A DNA stretch of 64,000 bases from the NCBI RefSeq assembly GCF_009914755.1, contig NC_060934.1. One strand, given 5' to 3'. The DNA comes from the human T2T-CHM13v2.0 reference genome, Homo sapiens. Under the pieces are notes generated by a model. The model had not been told where the DNA came from and searched no databases. It saw only the letters and a program-made list of their open reading frames with translations. Position 1 is the first letter of the stretch. Every line of letters starts with the position of its first letter. Made by a program: the position numbers and the translations under genes. Of this stretch, positions 1 through 12,990 are shown in pieces.

Positions 1-367
<367 letters not shown>

Positions 368-774
368 CTAAGGTAACCAGGCAAGCTTTGGAAGAGAAGT
401 GTAAGAAGAAGAAAGGGATTTTAAAGAATGTGTGGATAAGTGTGACAGTCTTCAGCCAAACAAACTGATTCCCAGCAGTCAAAGACAAGTACTCAAGCAC
501 TGCAGGGCCATGAGGACCTTGAGAAAAAGGAAAGGTGGTAAGGAAATCACTCAGAGTGGGCCCTGGGTGCTGGCCAATAGGTGGTGCTGTCTGTATGGAC
601 AGCAGTGTTGTCATCCAGGGCAGCAACACAGTGGAAAGGAAATCCAAAGCTTAATGAGCCATTCACATATAAGAACCTTTGCCAGCTAAGTGTTCATAAT
701 TTGAGAATTACATATATTTCAGTATTCATTATATGACTCAAGATTTCAATATTTCAATATTCAATCTACACAAC

Positions 775-1126
775 TGATATGGTTTGGCTCTGTGTCCCCA
801 CCCAAATCTCATTTCAAATTGTAATCCCCACATGTTAGAGGAAAGGCATGGGGGGAGGTGACTGGATCATGGCGGTGGATTTCTCTCTTGCTGTTCTCAT
901 GATAGTGAGTAAGTTCTCAAAAGATCTGATAGTTTTAAGGTGTGGCAATTCCCCCCTTGCTCTTTTACTCTCTCTTGCCACCATGTAAGATGTGTCTTGC
1001 TTCTCCTTCACCTTCTGCCATGATTGTAAGTTTCCCCAGCCCTGCAGAACTGTGAGTCAATTAAACCTCTTTTTCTTTATAAATTACCCATTCTCAAGTA
1101 GTTCTTTATAGCACTGTGAAGATACA
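775..1126 (+). mobile_element. THE1/MSTA-type MaLR solo LTR
   Basis: Starts tgatatggtttggctctgtgtccccacccaaatctc; contains 'actgtgagtcaattaaacctctt...ataaattaccca' 3' hallmark. Confidence 0.88.
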
Positions 1127-2278
1127 ATAACCAACACTTATACAATACAATAACCAACACTTAACTAGTATTAATGATATACCCCTATTAAGCAAAAGGA
1201 TTTCTTGAGTGAAGTAAACCCAATAACCAGTATTTCTTTTCAAAAACATCTATAAAAATACTAGGTTTCTATAAAATTTTCCAGATACCACTTGATAGTC
1301 ATTCAATTGAACATTGAATATGCTTTGTCTCAATTTCCAACATTCAAGATAAATATTTTTTCTATTTTATTACCTTTTTCATTTTATCATTAAAATTATT
1401 ATATCATATTTTTTCATTTTTAAAGAGAGAGTATTTCAGTAACTTTATAAATTAAGTAAGTTTTTGCTGGCCAATTTGGAAAACTAAACAACTATTTTAA
1501 AAGAGGAAAACGCACACCGGAATCAACAAGTAAAAATTGAATGTCATTTTTATTACTATTTTTACTTATAAGAATTATAGAAATATTTGGTTATTTCAAT
1601 TCCCTATGTGTATAACTCATCATAATTTGATAAGGAGATAGGTTTAAGTGTATGTGTATATAAAAAGAGACTGAAAGGAAAAAGATAAGTAGTTATCTCT
1701 GATTGGTTGTTGGGATTAGCTATATTTTCCAAATACTCTAGAATGAATATGTATTACTTTTGTATTATTAATTGGGTTAGGGATTAAAAAAACATTAGAC
1801 CTGTATGTTAAAGTTGAACCAGCATCGTCAGGAAGGATATAAAAATCACCTGCCAAACGATGTCCATTTCAATTTACTTTATGTCCTTTCTAGGACCACT
1901 GTGAGCAGTTGTAGGTACCTGTGAGAGTGCTCAATGTAAAAAACAATTTCTGTTACCCTAAATTGGGTTAATGATAAGTGTCTAAAGGAGATGTAGATCT
2001 AGCATATAAGACCTTCTAGAGAAATTTAAAGATATCAGGAATGAAGGCTGCAGAGGAGTACTTTGGAAAAAAAGTTTAGTAATGAAAAGCAATATGAATT
2101 GTTTCAGAAATACCGTGACTTGGAGACATGGGAAGTGTATCAAACAGAAGTCGAGGACAGACATAAATGAAGTGACTTGCTTTCAATACGACAGATGTCC
2201 AAGACGGAAAAATGTCACCCAGGGCAAGAAAATGACTCAGGCTGGAATAAAGAAACTAGCTGCAGAGAGAATAATTTA

Positions 2279-2516
<238 letters not shown>

Positions 2517-2908
2517 TTATCTCAAGCTGGTGGAAATAGCTCTGCATTTAAAGGTAGAAATAAGGATGGAGCAGATAGACAACCCAAAACTAAGAGTCAT
2601 AACTATAAAAATACCTAAATACATATTAATTTTCACCAAGCTAAAGTGAAAAATGAAATGTTCAATACTATCTATGCTGTATTTGTACGTATGGGATATG
2701 GTGTGTGGTGGATACTGGGCTGGGCCCTTGAAACTATGAGGCTAATAACACTGAGAAGGGAAGATGGGAGAAAAAGCAGTATGGGAGGTCTTAAAGTCTT
2801 GGTAACTTCAGAAATGTGCTAGGATTTGTGGGCAGCAGATATTTCAAAACACTAAGTAAAGAACGCTGGAGTTAAAGGCATGGAGCTTCAGAAAGTTATT
2901 AGCACTGA

Positions 2909-3075
2909 TAGCCAACCACGGTGGTGGGTGCCTGTAGTCTCAGTTACTTGGGAGGCTGGGGTGGGAGGATTGCTTGAGCCCAGGAGTTCAAGGCTGCAGT
3001 GAGCTATGATCATATCACTGCACTCCAGCCTGGGTGACGGAGACCCCATCTTTAAAACAAAACAAAACAAAACAA
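2909..3075 (+). mobile_element. Alu monomer (FRAM/AluJ right arm) with (CAAAA)n tail
   Basis: Right-arm consensus match. Confidence 0.85.
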
Positions 3076-5440
3076 AGATAAGAAGAAAAGAAAGTTACTG
3101 GCACTGAGAGCCAGACAGATGCCCAAAGTAAGAGCCCATTAAGAATTTCCACCATGAGATAACTGGAACAGTAATTTTCACATTAAAAATAGCTTTCTTC
3201 CTGCACTTAAAGGGATGGTTCGAGGAAGCAGATTCTAAAGGAGAGGTGAAAAAGAAGACATGCTCTGGATGTTTGGAGATACAGCTATAAGCCAACATCC
3301 TCGGCAAGCCCTGTACCACCCCAATGCCACCACTCCCTGTTCCAGTGGGTAGACATGGGTGGGAGCAGCATGAGTGATTACAGTTAGGGGGCTAATATCA
3401 CCGTCTTTATTTCATCATGTCTCCAACATCCTGAGAAGGACATAGTGGCCACTATCCCTCAACCAAAGAAACTGATGAGTGCAGTAGGAACCTGCTTTGG
3501 AGGGTTCACATTGGGACTCATCAATGTGGAAGGTAAAAATCTGAAGATACAATTGAAATCTAGATAGCCTTGAATGGTATGGACAAGGAGACATAAAATC
3601 TGCTTACTAAATCAGAATAATAAGATGAAAGGTCAATAATAAGCATAGAAAGGTCAATAATGGAATAATAATAGTAGAGGTCATCCCTAGAAGGTTGAAA
3701 ACATTTTCAAGTAAATATAAGAAACTCCTTATTGTACGTAGTAGTGCAGGCTGGAAAAATATACTTATTTAGTTCAAATCATGTGACAGGCACTAGGAAT
3801 AAAGTTAGTCCCTGCCCTCACAGGGTTCAAGGTCTAAATGGAATAATAGATATGAAATAACTCAACAAGTAAATAGCTCAGCTGTTGGAAATCAAACAAG
3901 GAGAAGAAAAGAAAAAGGACATAGTGCTATAAAAGAAAATCTTTATAAAATTCAAAACCATTTAAAATATGTTGCCATTGATTTCCTTATTAACAGGTTT
4001 TAATACCTCCATCTTTCTCTAATAGTTTTCAGTTTATTAGAAACAGTATGTGAACTTTTTAGATTAAAAATTTCCAGCATAGGTTTATCACTTATTATAT
4101 CCTTTTATTCCTTGAAATGGATGATTGTCAGGCAGAAATTTAGGACAAAGGAGCTGGAAAATATTCATGAGACTCAGGAACAAAGCTATTACTCCAACTG
4201 TAAGGTTTCATTATAAGCACGTAAATATAGTTCAAAGTTACCACATCTGTAAACTCAAAAATGCTGCTCACTTGGCTGGATCCAATCAATATTTGCTAAC
4301 CATTATTTTAGTTATTCTTCATATAGACAGGCGCTTTGTTTCTTAGAAGAAATCACTGTCCATAACCAAAAAAAAACTTAATTGTGAAATGGTTTTATTT
4401 AAAACAGTCTTTTCTGGTTATTGAACATTTCATATGAATAAATTAATCTTCATGCATATGATAGCTTATCTGAAATAGCTTCCCAATTCTTTAAAATACC
4501 AAAGGCTTCTTTTCTCAGAATAAGGCATTTTGCCATCACGTGGTTTATTAGCAGAATAGGAAAATTAATCTTATTCTAAGCAAAAGCAGAAATATAATTA
4601 GCCAAACCAAGAAAAGTGTGACATTTGCCCATGAACTCTTCATTCAGATAATATATCTATTTTGGGAACTCATGAGACAGAAGCAAGACAAAAATATGAG
4701 AAGATATTAGGTTTCTCTAACTATTGTTCAAAATTAGAAAATGGATGTGGCTTTTATGTTGACTCTTTCAATACCTATATGAAGACAGTTAAAGGATGTA
4801 TGAAATTAAAAAGCGACATCAGTGATTATTAGTAACTACTTCACAGGAAGCAAATGGGAGTATCATTGTAGTTAGTGGTATGTGAACGACTGATTGTACT
4901 GGTTTATCTTCATGCTCTCGCCTCTTCTCTTTAACTCTACGCAGTACATAGTATGGGATTATCTTTACCACATGCCCCTAGAGATTCTGTTTCACTTCAC
5001 TCAGAACCTAGAAACCACTTGCTCCAAAACTTGAAAAATATTAAGAGCTGATGTCCCCAGACTGCTCCTCAACCTTGAACTCGAACCACTAAGCTCCAGG
5101 ATAAATTCGTTTAAAATGATTGTGCTTAAATTTTCATGTGGGTCTAAATTTGCTGGGAGAGAAAGTCCTTTGTTTGTATTTTCGCATATTGAGAATATTT
5201 ATCATGATTATTACACTGAAGAGCCTAACTATTCATTTACCCCATTTTTAAGATGTAGTAAAGACATTTTCCTCTGTGGAGGAAGCTATTGTGCAAGATT
5301 TTATCACGTGTTGGCGGAAAATTTGAGTGTCTGAATTTTGTTTCACACATGTGTTCAGCTTTGCATGTGTATTTCTGTGTGTATATAGAACATAGAAAAG
5401 AGTCTAGATTAGAAGATAATGTACTGACCACGTTCAAAGT

Positions 5441-5990
5441 GATTATTTCATCACGCAGGTAATAAGCATAGTACTCCATAGGAAGTTTTTTGATTCTCTC
5501 CCTCCTCCCAGCCTCCACCCTCAAGTAGGCCATGGTGTCTCTTTTTCCGCTTTTTGTGTTCATGTGTTCTCATGGTGTATCTCCCACTTATAAGTGAGAG
5601 CATGCAGTATCTGGTTTTCTGTTTCTTCATTAGTTTGCTTAGGATAATGGCCTCTAGCTCCATCCATATTGCTGCAAAGGACATGATCTTTTTCTTTTTT
5701 ATGGCTGCTTAGTATTCTGTGGTGAATATGTACCATATTTTCTTTATTCAGTCTACTACTGATGGGCATATAGGTTGATTCCATGTCTTTGCTATTGTGA
5801 ATAGTGCTGCAATGAACATACATGTGCATGTGTTTTTATGGCAGGATGATTTACATTCCACTGGGTATATGCCCAATAATGGGATTGCTGGGTTGAACGG
5901 TAATTCTATTTTAAGTTTTTCAAGGAATTGCTACACTACTTTTCACAATGGCTGAACTAATTTACATTCCCACCAGCAGTGTATAAGTGT
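5441..5990 (-). mobile_element. Old L1PA (approx. L1PA13-16) 3' end fragment
   Basis: 'cccacttataagtgagagcatgcagtatctggttttctgtttc...gctattgtgaatagtgctgcaatgaacata' is the reverse complement of the L1 ORF2 end/3'UTR; ORFs 5451-5684 and 5560-5829 are L1-derived. Confidence 0.9.
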
Positions 5991-6639
5991 TACAAAAGAT
6001 TATTTATGAAGACAGAGATTATATAGGAGTATTCTTTTCTTTAGTATGTTCCTCTTTATTTTCTAGATTTTTTGCAGTGAGCATACCTTACTTCATGATG
6101 AGGAAAAAAAATTGTTATTCCTCCAAAATGATTGAGCACTTTGTATGTACACAATACTGCAATAAGTGATTACGGGAATTAAAAAAAACCTTTTTTCTTT
6201 TTTGGAGCTTTCAATATTCACAAATAAGTTGACGCTATGTGATAATATTTGTATTGCCTGTTATGTATCAGATACTTCTCCCATTTAATTTCACATACTC
6301 TATCTCCTTTAATCCAAATATAGAGAATACGTGTCAATCCACTCCATGTTATTGTAAATAATGTTGACAATGCACATAGAGACGCATATTTTATAATAGT
6401 AAGTTACAAACACAAGGTAAAAATAGGCAGACAGAAAGCTATGCATAAAGACTAAATGGAAAGCAGTCTAGATAGTGATAATTTTTTTCTACCTACTAAA
6501 TTTACTAGTAGGAGCATGTATCCTTCCCATAATGAGAGAAAAAATGAACTTTTAATGATTTTTAACATATATGACAGCCATGGAACAATTCTGTGCTAAC
6601 TTTGGGGTACTTATGTGCAGCATATTGGACATTTAGTGA

Positions 6640-7200
6640 AAAGAGAGACCACTGTGAGATGATGAAGCTGGAGAAGGCTTCAAGAAGCAATGCAGGGCTC
6701 CCTGAGTACTTTAAAGGAAGGGCAAGTTTCTTTAAGAATGTGGAAGGAGGACAAGGAGGACGTTATAGAAAGAAAATAACTTGTACAATAGCAACAAGAA
6801 CTGGTCCATTTATAAAACAGGAGCTTGCTCAGGTGGTGGCTATGAGGATTAAGTAAGTTGGTGCACCTGGCATCATGCCTGGATGAAAGGTGCTCAGGAA
6901 ATATTAGCCATCATGATGATGGTGCTGGTGAGAATGGAGAAGAGGGATGAATTCAAGACACAGTCCAAAGGACTAAATGGTAAACTTGTTCACAGTCTGG
7001 TTCCTTGAATAGAAATAAAAGTGCCAACTAGGCCTTCATTGTTTCTCTCCCAAGACAGCAGAAGGAGAGTGCCCGTGTCAGAAGGGGAACAGGCTGGGGA
7101 GCTGGGCAGCAGGGGTAGGTGATGAGACAAGTTTGGGACACTCAGAGTTAAAAGTTTGGGAGGTAAAGGAAGTGTGGCCAGTGAGGCGGAGAACACAGAG
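6640..7200 (-). mobile_element. Degenerate L2 fragments (with a possible short MIR piece)
   Basis: Purine-rich L2-like text ('gagaatggagaagagggatgaattcaagaca','gagacaagtttgggacactcagagtt'). Confidence 0.45.
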
Positions 7201-7809
7201 GTGGCATCAGAGAAACAAGAGAGGGAAGATTTTTCAGGGATGTCATCAACTCTTCAGCCAGCGGAATGCAGGCGGAGTTGAAGAAGTGGAAAGAGAAGTC
7301 CCCCAGTGCTATACTAATTGTGTCACCAATTGAAGCACCCTGCTTTCCCTATTCTTGCATCTAATTGCAGTACGCTACCATGAAACCAGTTCATTCTGTG
7401 CTCAATTTGCTGTTCTGCTTAAAGGGACTTAAACTTGATACCTGAAGGCCAACTGCTACGGGCCATTACATTTATTTCCTTCCAGGCATTGTATGTAGAT
7501 AAGCAATTAAATGAGGGAAAAGAAGTTGAGAGTCATTTATCATGGAGAAAAAAAAAAAAAAAACCATTGAACAAGGCTGTACAAGCAAACCTATTTGGAT
7601 TGAAGAAAACATAACGTTTAATTCTCAGAAACAAATGCAAGCATCGGTCCAAGTCTTCCTTCCCAAACCTTTGTCATTTAGGGATTGAGAAGCTGAGTTG
7701 GGTGAAAGGTTGAATAGAAAACAAAAAGGAAAGCTAGAAACACGCTGAGCTCATGGAGATGCAGCTTCTTCTGTAGCTCCTAAAGCCCAGCTGAGGTATC
7801 ATCTAATGA

Positions 7810-7990
7810 GAATTCTCTCTATGCCAGGCACTGCGCTAAGCATTTCACATCATTAAGCAATGTGAGTTTTAGGCAACCCCGAAGCAGGCAGTCTGTTCAT
7901 CCCAATTGCAGCTGAGGAAACAGGGTGAGTGAGGCCAAGCAGCTGGCCCAAGGTCCCCTGCCTGGTAAGTGGCACAGCCTGCAGCCCTGC
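7810..7990 (-). mobile_element. MIR
   Basis: 'tatgccaggcactgcgctaagcattt...gctgaggaaac...cccaaggtc...gtaagtggc' MIR core. Confidence 0.75.
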
Positions 7991-8517
7991 CAGGTGGTCC
8001 CGCTAACCAAGCCGGCGCTTTTCTGTCACCATGCCGTATCGCCTCCTGTACTATCAAAATGTACTATCAAATTTACCTCAAAAGAAAACCCTCTGTCTTC
8101 TGAGAAGCTCCGGAAGGTCCAACACGTTGCCTGCCAACAGAAAAACATGAAGAGTTAAAAATTAGCTATCGTACGTAAATTATTAGCCATTTACATTGTA
8201 TGTAAATTATGTTTCATTAAACTTTAAAAATTAGAAAAAGATATTCTTCTGGTAGATTTCCTTAAAAAAGTGTTACCTTTAAGTTTTACACTTAAGTGAC
8301 CCATGTTATCTGTTTTAATGAATAATTTTCCTAATAGAAAATTATTATGTGGAAGACGACGACGGTAGCGGGTGGCAATTTAGGATAAAAAGTGATCAAG
8401 TGAACTCAGGACAGCGAACTCTTTCTAACTGTGCACAAATATAACTGTCTATTCTCTTCCTGGTGGCATCAACTCAAAATTTCAGTTCATTCATTTATTC
8501 AGCAAGTATTTATAAAC

Positions 8518-8597
8518 CAAATGAACCATATGAAATCGCCATTCTTGTAGGTTAAAAATGGTCATATGTGGGTAATTCCAAATAGTTCAACCTAATA
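8518..8597. mobile_element. MADE2 mariner-derived MITE
   Basis: 'tgaaccatatgaaatcgccatt...ggtaattccaaatagttcaacctaata', ~80 bp with terminal inverted repeats. Confidence 0.75.
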
Positions 8598-9116
8598 TGA
8601 AGAACCCTCTGTGTGGTAGAATAGATAATATCATGGGAGCTGGGAATATAGTGTTGCATAAATGGACCAAGGTCCTGCCTTTATCTTGCTACATTCTGGT
8701 GGTCTAAGACATAAACAAGCAAAAAGATACATTAACAAAATTATCCCAAATTGTGATAAGAAATAAACAGGATAAAATAATTAATAACTTACTTGAGGTG
8801 AATTGAAAGCTACACTGAATAAAGAGATCAGAAAAAGTAAGGTGGATGGAACATCAGAGGAAGATCATTCCAGACAAGGGGAGAGGCAGGTTGAATGTCC
8901 ATGAAGCAGATTGAAACTCCTTAGCAGGGCCCTGCTGAGTGAGGGGACTTGTTATTAGGGGAGTTCAGAGAAGTAAATGGAAGTGAGTTTTGTAGGGCTT
9001 CAAGGACCCTGACAAAGAGTTTGAATTTTATTCTAAGTTAGAAGAAAGTCACTGAAGGCTTTTTGCCTAAAGAGTTGACATGATTCAGTTAATGTATTAA
9101 AATATAACTTATGGTG

Positions 9117-9220
9117 ACGGGTACAGTGGCTCAAACCTGTAATCCCTGCTAGTTGGGAGGGTGAGGCAGGAGGTTTGATCCCAGGAGTTCAAGGGCAACA
9201 GAAGGAGACCTTGTATCTTT
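9117..9220 (+). mobile_element. Degenerate FLAM/Alu left monomer
   Basis: 'gggtacagtggctcaaacctgtaatccc...cccaggagttcaag'. Confidence 0.7.
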
Positions 9221-10015
9221 TATATCTATATCTATATCCATCTATATCTTATGGGTAAAGGAAATATTCTATATTTTTATCATAGTGGTTACATGACTGA
9301 ATTTATTTGTCAAAAGTCACTGGAATGTATACCTAAATATGTGAATTGCTGCATTTTACTCTATGCAAATTGTACCTCAAAAAACCTAACCAAAAACAAA
9401 CAAATGAAAAGATAACTCTGAGCTGAAGCCATTAAAAATTATTTATCTGGAAGGTATTGGTATGTCTTGTTTGTTTGTTTCCTTTTGGTGGTATCATTTG
9501 TTGAACTCTGCCTGCTTAAACTCTGCACATGTATTTTTTTTGTAAAATTAAAATTATATTTTATGAAAGATAACTCTGGCTACTGAGTGGAGAGGAATTT
9601 ATAAGACAGCAAGACTAGAGACTGGGAGACCATTTAGGAGACTATGGCAAGAAATGAGACTATGGCAAGAAATAGTCGTGGTGGTGATAGTGGAACTGAG
9701 AAATGGGAATAACATTAAAAACATAATTTGGAAGTAGAACTGACAACACTTACTGATGGGTTGGATGTGGGCAGAGGGGGTAAAGAAAAAGAAATCAAGG
9801 ATGACTTTTGGGGTGGGGGTGTCCACATGGACAAGGCATGGTTGAAAAGAGGGAACAAACAGTTCAATGAAGGGTTTGTTTTGGACTTTAAAATATTTGA
9901 GGTGGCTATTTATTATTCATCCAAGTGGAGGAGTCAAGAAGGAAGTTGGACACATAGGCCTGCAGTTGAAGGAAGAGTTGAGGACTAAATCTGTATGTCA
10001 TCAGTATACATACGA

Positions 10016-10370
10016 TGTCTTAGTCACTTTGTGCTGCACAATATTACAGACTGGGTAATTTATAAATTATAGACATTTATTTCTCTCAGTTCTAAGGGCT
10101 GGGAAGTCCAAGATCAAGGCACCAGCAAGTTTGGTGTCTGATGAGGACCTGGCATCTTCTCACTGTAGCATCCTTACATGGGAGAAAGGAGAAGAACAAA
10201 AAGAGCTTAGCTAGTTCCCTCCATCCCTTTTATAAGGTTCTAATTCATTTATACAGGCAGCTCCCTCACGACCTAATCACCTCCTAAAGGCCTTGCCTCT
10301 TGACAATGCTGCATTGGGGATTGAGTCTCAATATGAATTTTGAAGGGGACATATACATTCAAACCATTTC
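10016..10370 (-). mobile_element. MSTD/MLT1A-type MaLR LTR
   Basis: 'tgtcttagtc...agactgggtaatttataaa...ggctgggaagtccaagatcaagg...cattcaaacca'. Confidence 0.8.
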
Positions 10371-10543
10371 ACATGGTATTTAAAGCCTTGGGCTGGATTG
10401 AGATAGAAGACCAAGGGTAAAGAAGAGGGCCCTATAGCACTACAAATTTGGAAGACTAGTAGGGAAGGAGGATCAGCCAAGCAGGGAGATCCACATTGTC
10501 TGTTCCAAGAGGTATATATATTTAACCCTTTGAGTGTTGAATC

Positions 10544-10937
10544 TGTGAATTAGTCAGTTTGGCTGCCATAACAAAACACCATAGACTGGGTGGCTTAAAC
10601 AATAGATATTAATTTTTTCACAGCTCTGAAGAGGGAAGAGGAAGATCAGGGTGCCAGCGTGGTTGGCTTCTAGTGAGTGCACTCTGTGCCTTGCAGACAG
10701 CTGCCTTCTCACTGCACGCTCATGTGGCCTTTCCTCGGTGCTTGCCATAGAGAGAGCTCTCTCTCTCTCTCCGTCTTTTTATGAGGCTACAGTCCTATAG
10801 AATTAGGGTGCCACCCTTATGACTCCTGTAGCCTTAGTTATCTGCCAAGGACCCTATCTTCACATACAATCACACTGAGGATTAGGGCTTCAACGTATGA
10901 GTTTGCCAGGGGAGGACACAATTCAGTTCATAGTAAC
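10544..10937 (-). mobile_element. MLT1A-type MaLR LTR
   Basis: 'ggctgccataacaaaacaccatagactgggtggcttaaacaa...ggacacaattcagttcatag'. Confidence 0.8.
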
Positions 10938-11124
10938 CTGCAAGGAGACATATCAGGGGCACATTCTTGTCACACGGCCAAACTTCCATTGCAAAATGAC
11001 TACATTACAATGGATCTTTATATGAGTGTCTAGCATATTGTTGCAATTATTTGATGAACTATCATTTTGAATTTGTTCAGCTGCACTTGTGGAGGAGGAG
11101 GGGTAGGAGATGAAAAAGAAGAAG

Positions 11125-11330
11125 AGCATCGATTATGTACTCACTCTGTATCAAGCACTGTTCTAAGTACTTTTGCATGCATCACTACTTCGTCCAGTTT
11201 TTATGATAACCCTTTGAGGTAGATATTTTGTTTTACAGATGAGGAAACAGAGGCCCCAAGAAGTTAAATAACTTGCTTAAGATCACAGAGCTAATGAGTG
11301 GCAGAACAATTATTCTAGCTCTGATTTTAA
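11125..11330 (-). mobile_element. MIR
   Basis: 'ttttacagatgaggaaacagagg...aagttaaataacttgcttaagatcacagagcta'. Confidence 0.8.
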
Positions 11331-11512
11331 GGGATTTACTTAACTTTTACTTGGAATTCATGGAGTCATTGGGCTTTATTTAATAAGTATCTCATCATAT
11401 TCTAGTTATATCATCTCCTATAAGTGTTCAAAATTTGACAAAATTCAGATCAAAGGTGTTTTGGGGGCATTTTGGTGTCAGAAGCCATGAGGCCATTAAA
11501 ACTCATGAGGGC

Positions 11513-11998
11513 TGCTTTAGTTTCCTAGGGCTGCCATAATAAAGGAGCACAAACTAGAAAGCTGTACCTCTGAAATCAAGGTGTAAGCAGAGCCGTGTTT
11601 CCTCTGAAACCTGTAGGGGAATCCTTCCTCTCTTCTTAGCTTCTGGTGGTTTTATAGCAAGCTTTGACACGTAGTGAAATCTGACACAAATTAAGTACAT
11701 AAGAAGCTGTTCCTTGGTTTTCAGCTGCATAACTCCAGTCTCTGTCTTCATCATTGCATGGTCTTCTCCTTGTGTGTTTCTGTCTTCACATGGCCATCTT
11801 CTAATAAGGCCACCAGTCATATTGGATCAGAGGCCTACCCTACTCCAGTATGACCTCATTTTTATTTAACTAATTATATCTGCAATGATCCTATTTCCAA
11901 ATAAGGTCACATTCTGAGATACTGGGGGTTAGGAAGATATGTTGAAGAGCATGTCTTTTTTTTCGGTGGGGGTTGGGGAGGATACAATTCAACCCAGA
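11513..11998 (-). mobile_element. MLT1C-type MaLR LTR
   Basis: 'tagtttcctagggctgccataa...tatttccaaataaggtcacattctgag...acaattcaaccca'. Confidence 0.8.
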
Positions 11999-12439
11999 AT
12001 TCCAGACAGGGGCTTTGTGGATAGAGTTTATAATCTTAAGGAAGCACATCCCTTATTTCATCTCCCCTTTTCCCAATCCTAACATCCACAGAAAATTTCC
12101 TGCCAGCAGTTCCTTCCTTGGGTTTAAGGATTCCCCAATGCCAGATGTTAAGTCTGCTAGGAAATCTGTAGACCACAGGGAAGAAAATGCAAAAAGAAAA
12201 TAAAGTCCTCAAATGCAGCTAAAAATTGCTAGCTTCTATTTTTAAAATAAAGCAACATAATACTTTTTCTTCCAATTTATCTACCTTCAAAAGTCCCAAC
12301 AAATGTTGTTCGTAGTACTGAAATCTATCATTTCCCTTTATTTTTTCCATTCTTCAAATTGAGCTATTAAGTCAAATGCTAATTACATGAAACATTGTTC
12401 TCTGTTAATAAATGTTTTGAGAAGTTCTGCCGCCTCAAA

Positions 12440-12990
12440 TAAACAACTAAAACATTAAGTCAGTGTGGCATTTCAGTTGAATAGGGAAAAACTAGATTAC
12501 TTAATAAATGGTACAGCAATATTTGGCTAACCATTTGGGAAAAAATAAAATTAGATGCCTACTTCACAAATTAAATTTCAGATTTGTTAAAGATTTATAT
12601 ATAATTAAATTAAAGACAGATCCTTAAAATTCAATAAAATTTTAAAAATTGCAAAATAAAATATGTGGCTATTTAGTGTATTTGGGTATTGGGAAGTCTT
12701 TTGACTAGTTATAAACACTAAGATATAATCTACAAAGAGATAAATCAACTTACAAAAAACTTAAAACTTCATGGATATATAGAAAGCAGCACTATAACAT
12801 GGAAAAAGGAAAGATGCATACAGTATATGACAAATAATATGTTTATATTATGCATATAAAAACACTTACAAATAATTTGCAAATTAATGTTCCAACAGAA
12901 AAATGAGAAATAATTTTAAAAGGCAATTCACAAAAGAAGAAATACAAATAACCATTAAACATATGAAAAGATGTTTCTTTTTACTTAAAA
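12440..12990 (+). mobile_element. Old L1M (L1ME-like) ORF2 fragment
   Basis: 'aataaatggtac...ggctaaccatttgggaaaaaataaaattagat...aggcaattcacaaaagaagaaatacaaat...atgaaaagatg'. Confidence 0.7.

Larger units (their letters stand above)
8485..10490 (-). mobile_element. L2 (fragmented by younger insertions)
   Basis: L2 3' end 'ttcattcatttattcagcaagtattta' at 8485, followed by collinear L2 text resuming after each insertion. Confidence 0.7.

Noticed and set aside
5237-5829. ORFs resembling a protein C-terminus (MSFAAIWMELEAIILSKL...)
   Set aside because: L1 ORF2 end/3'UTR remnant, not a host gene
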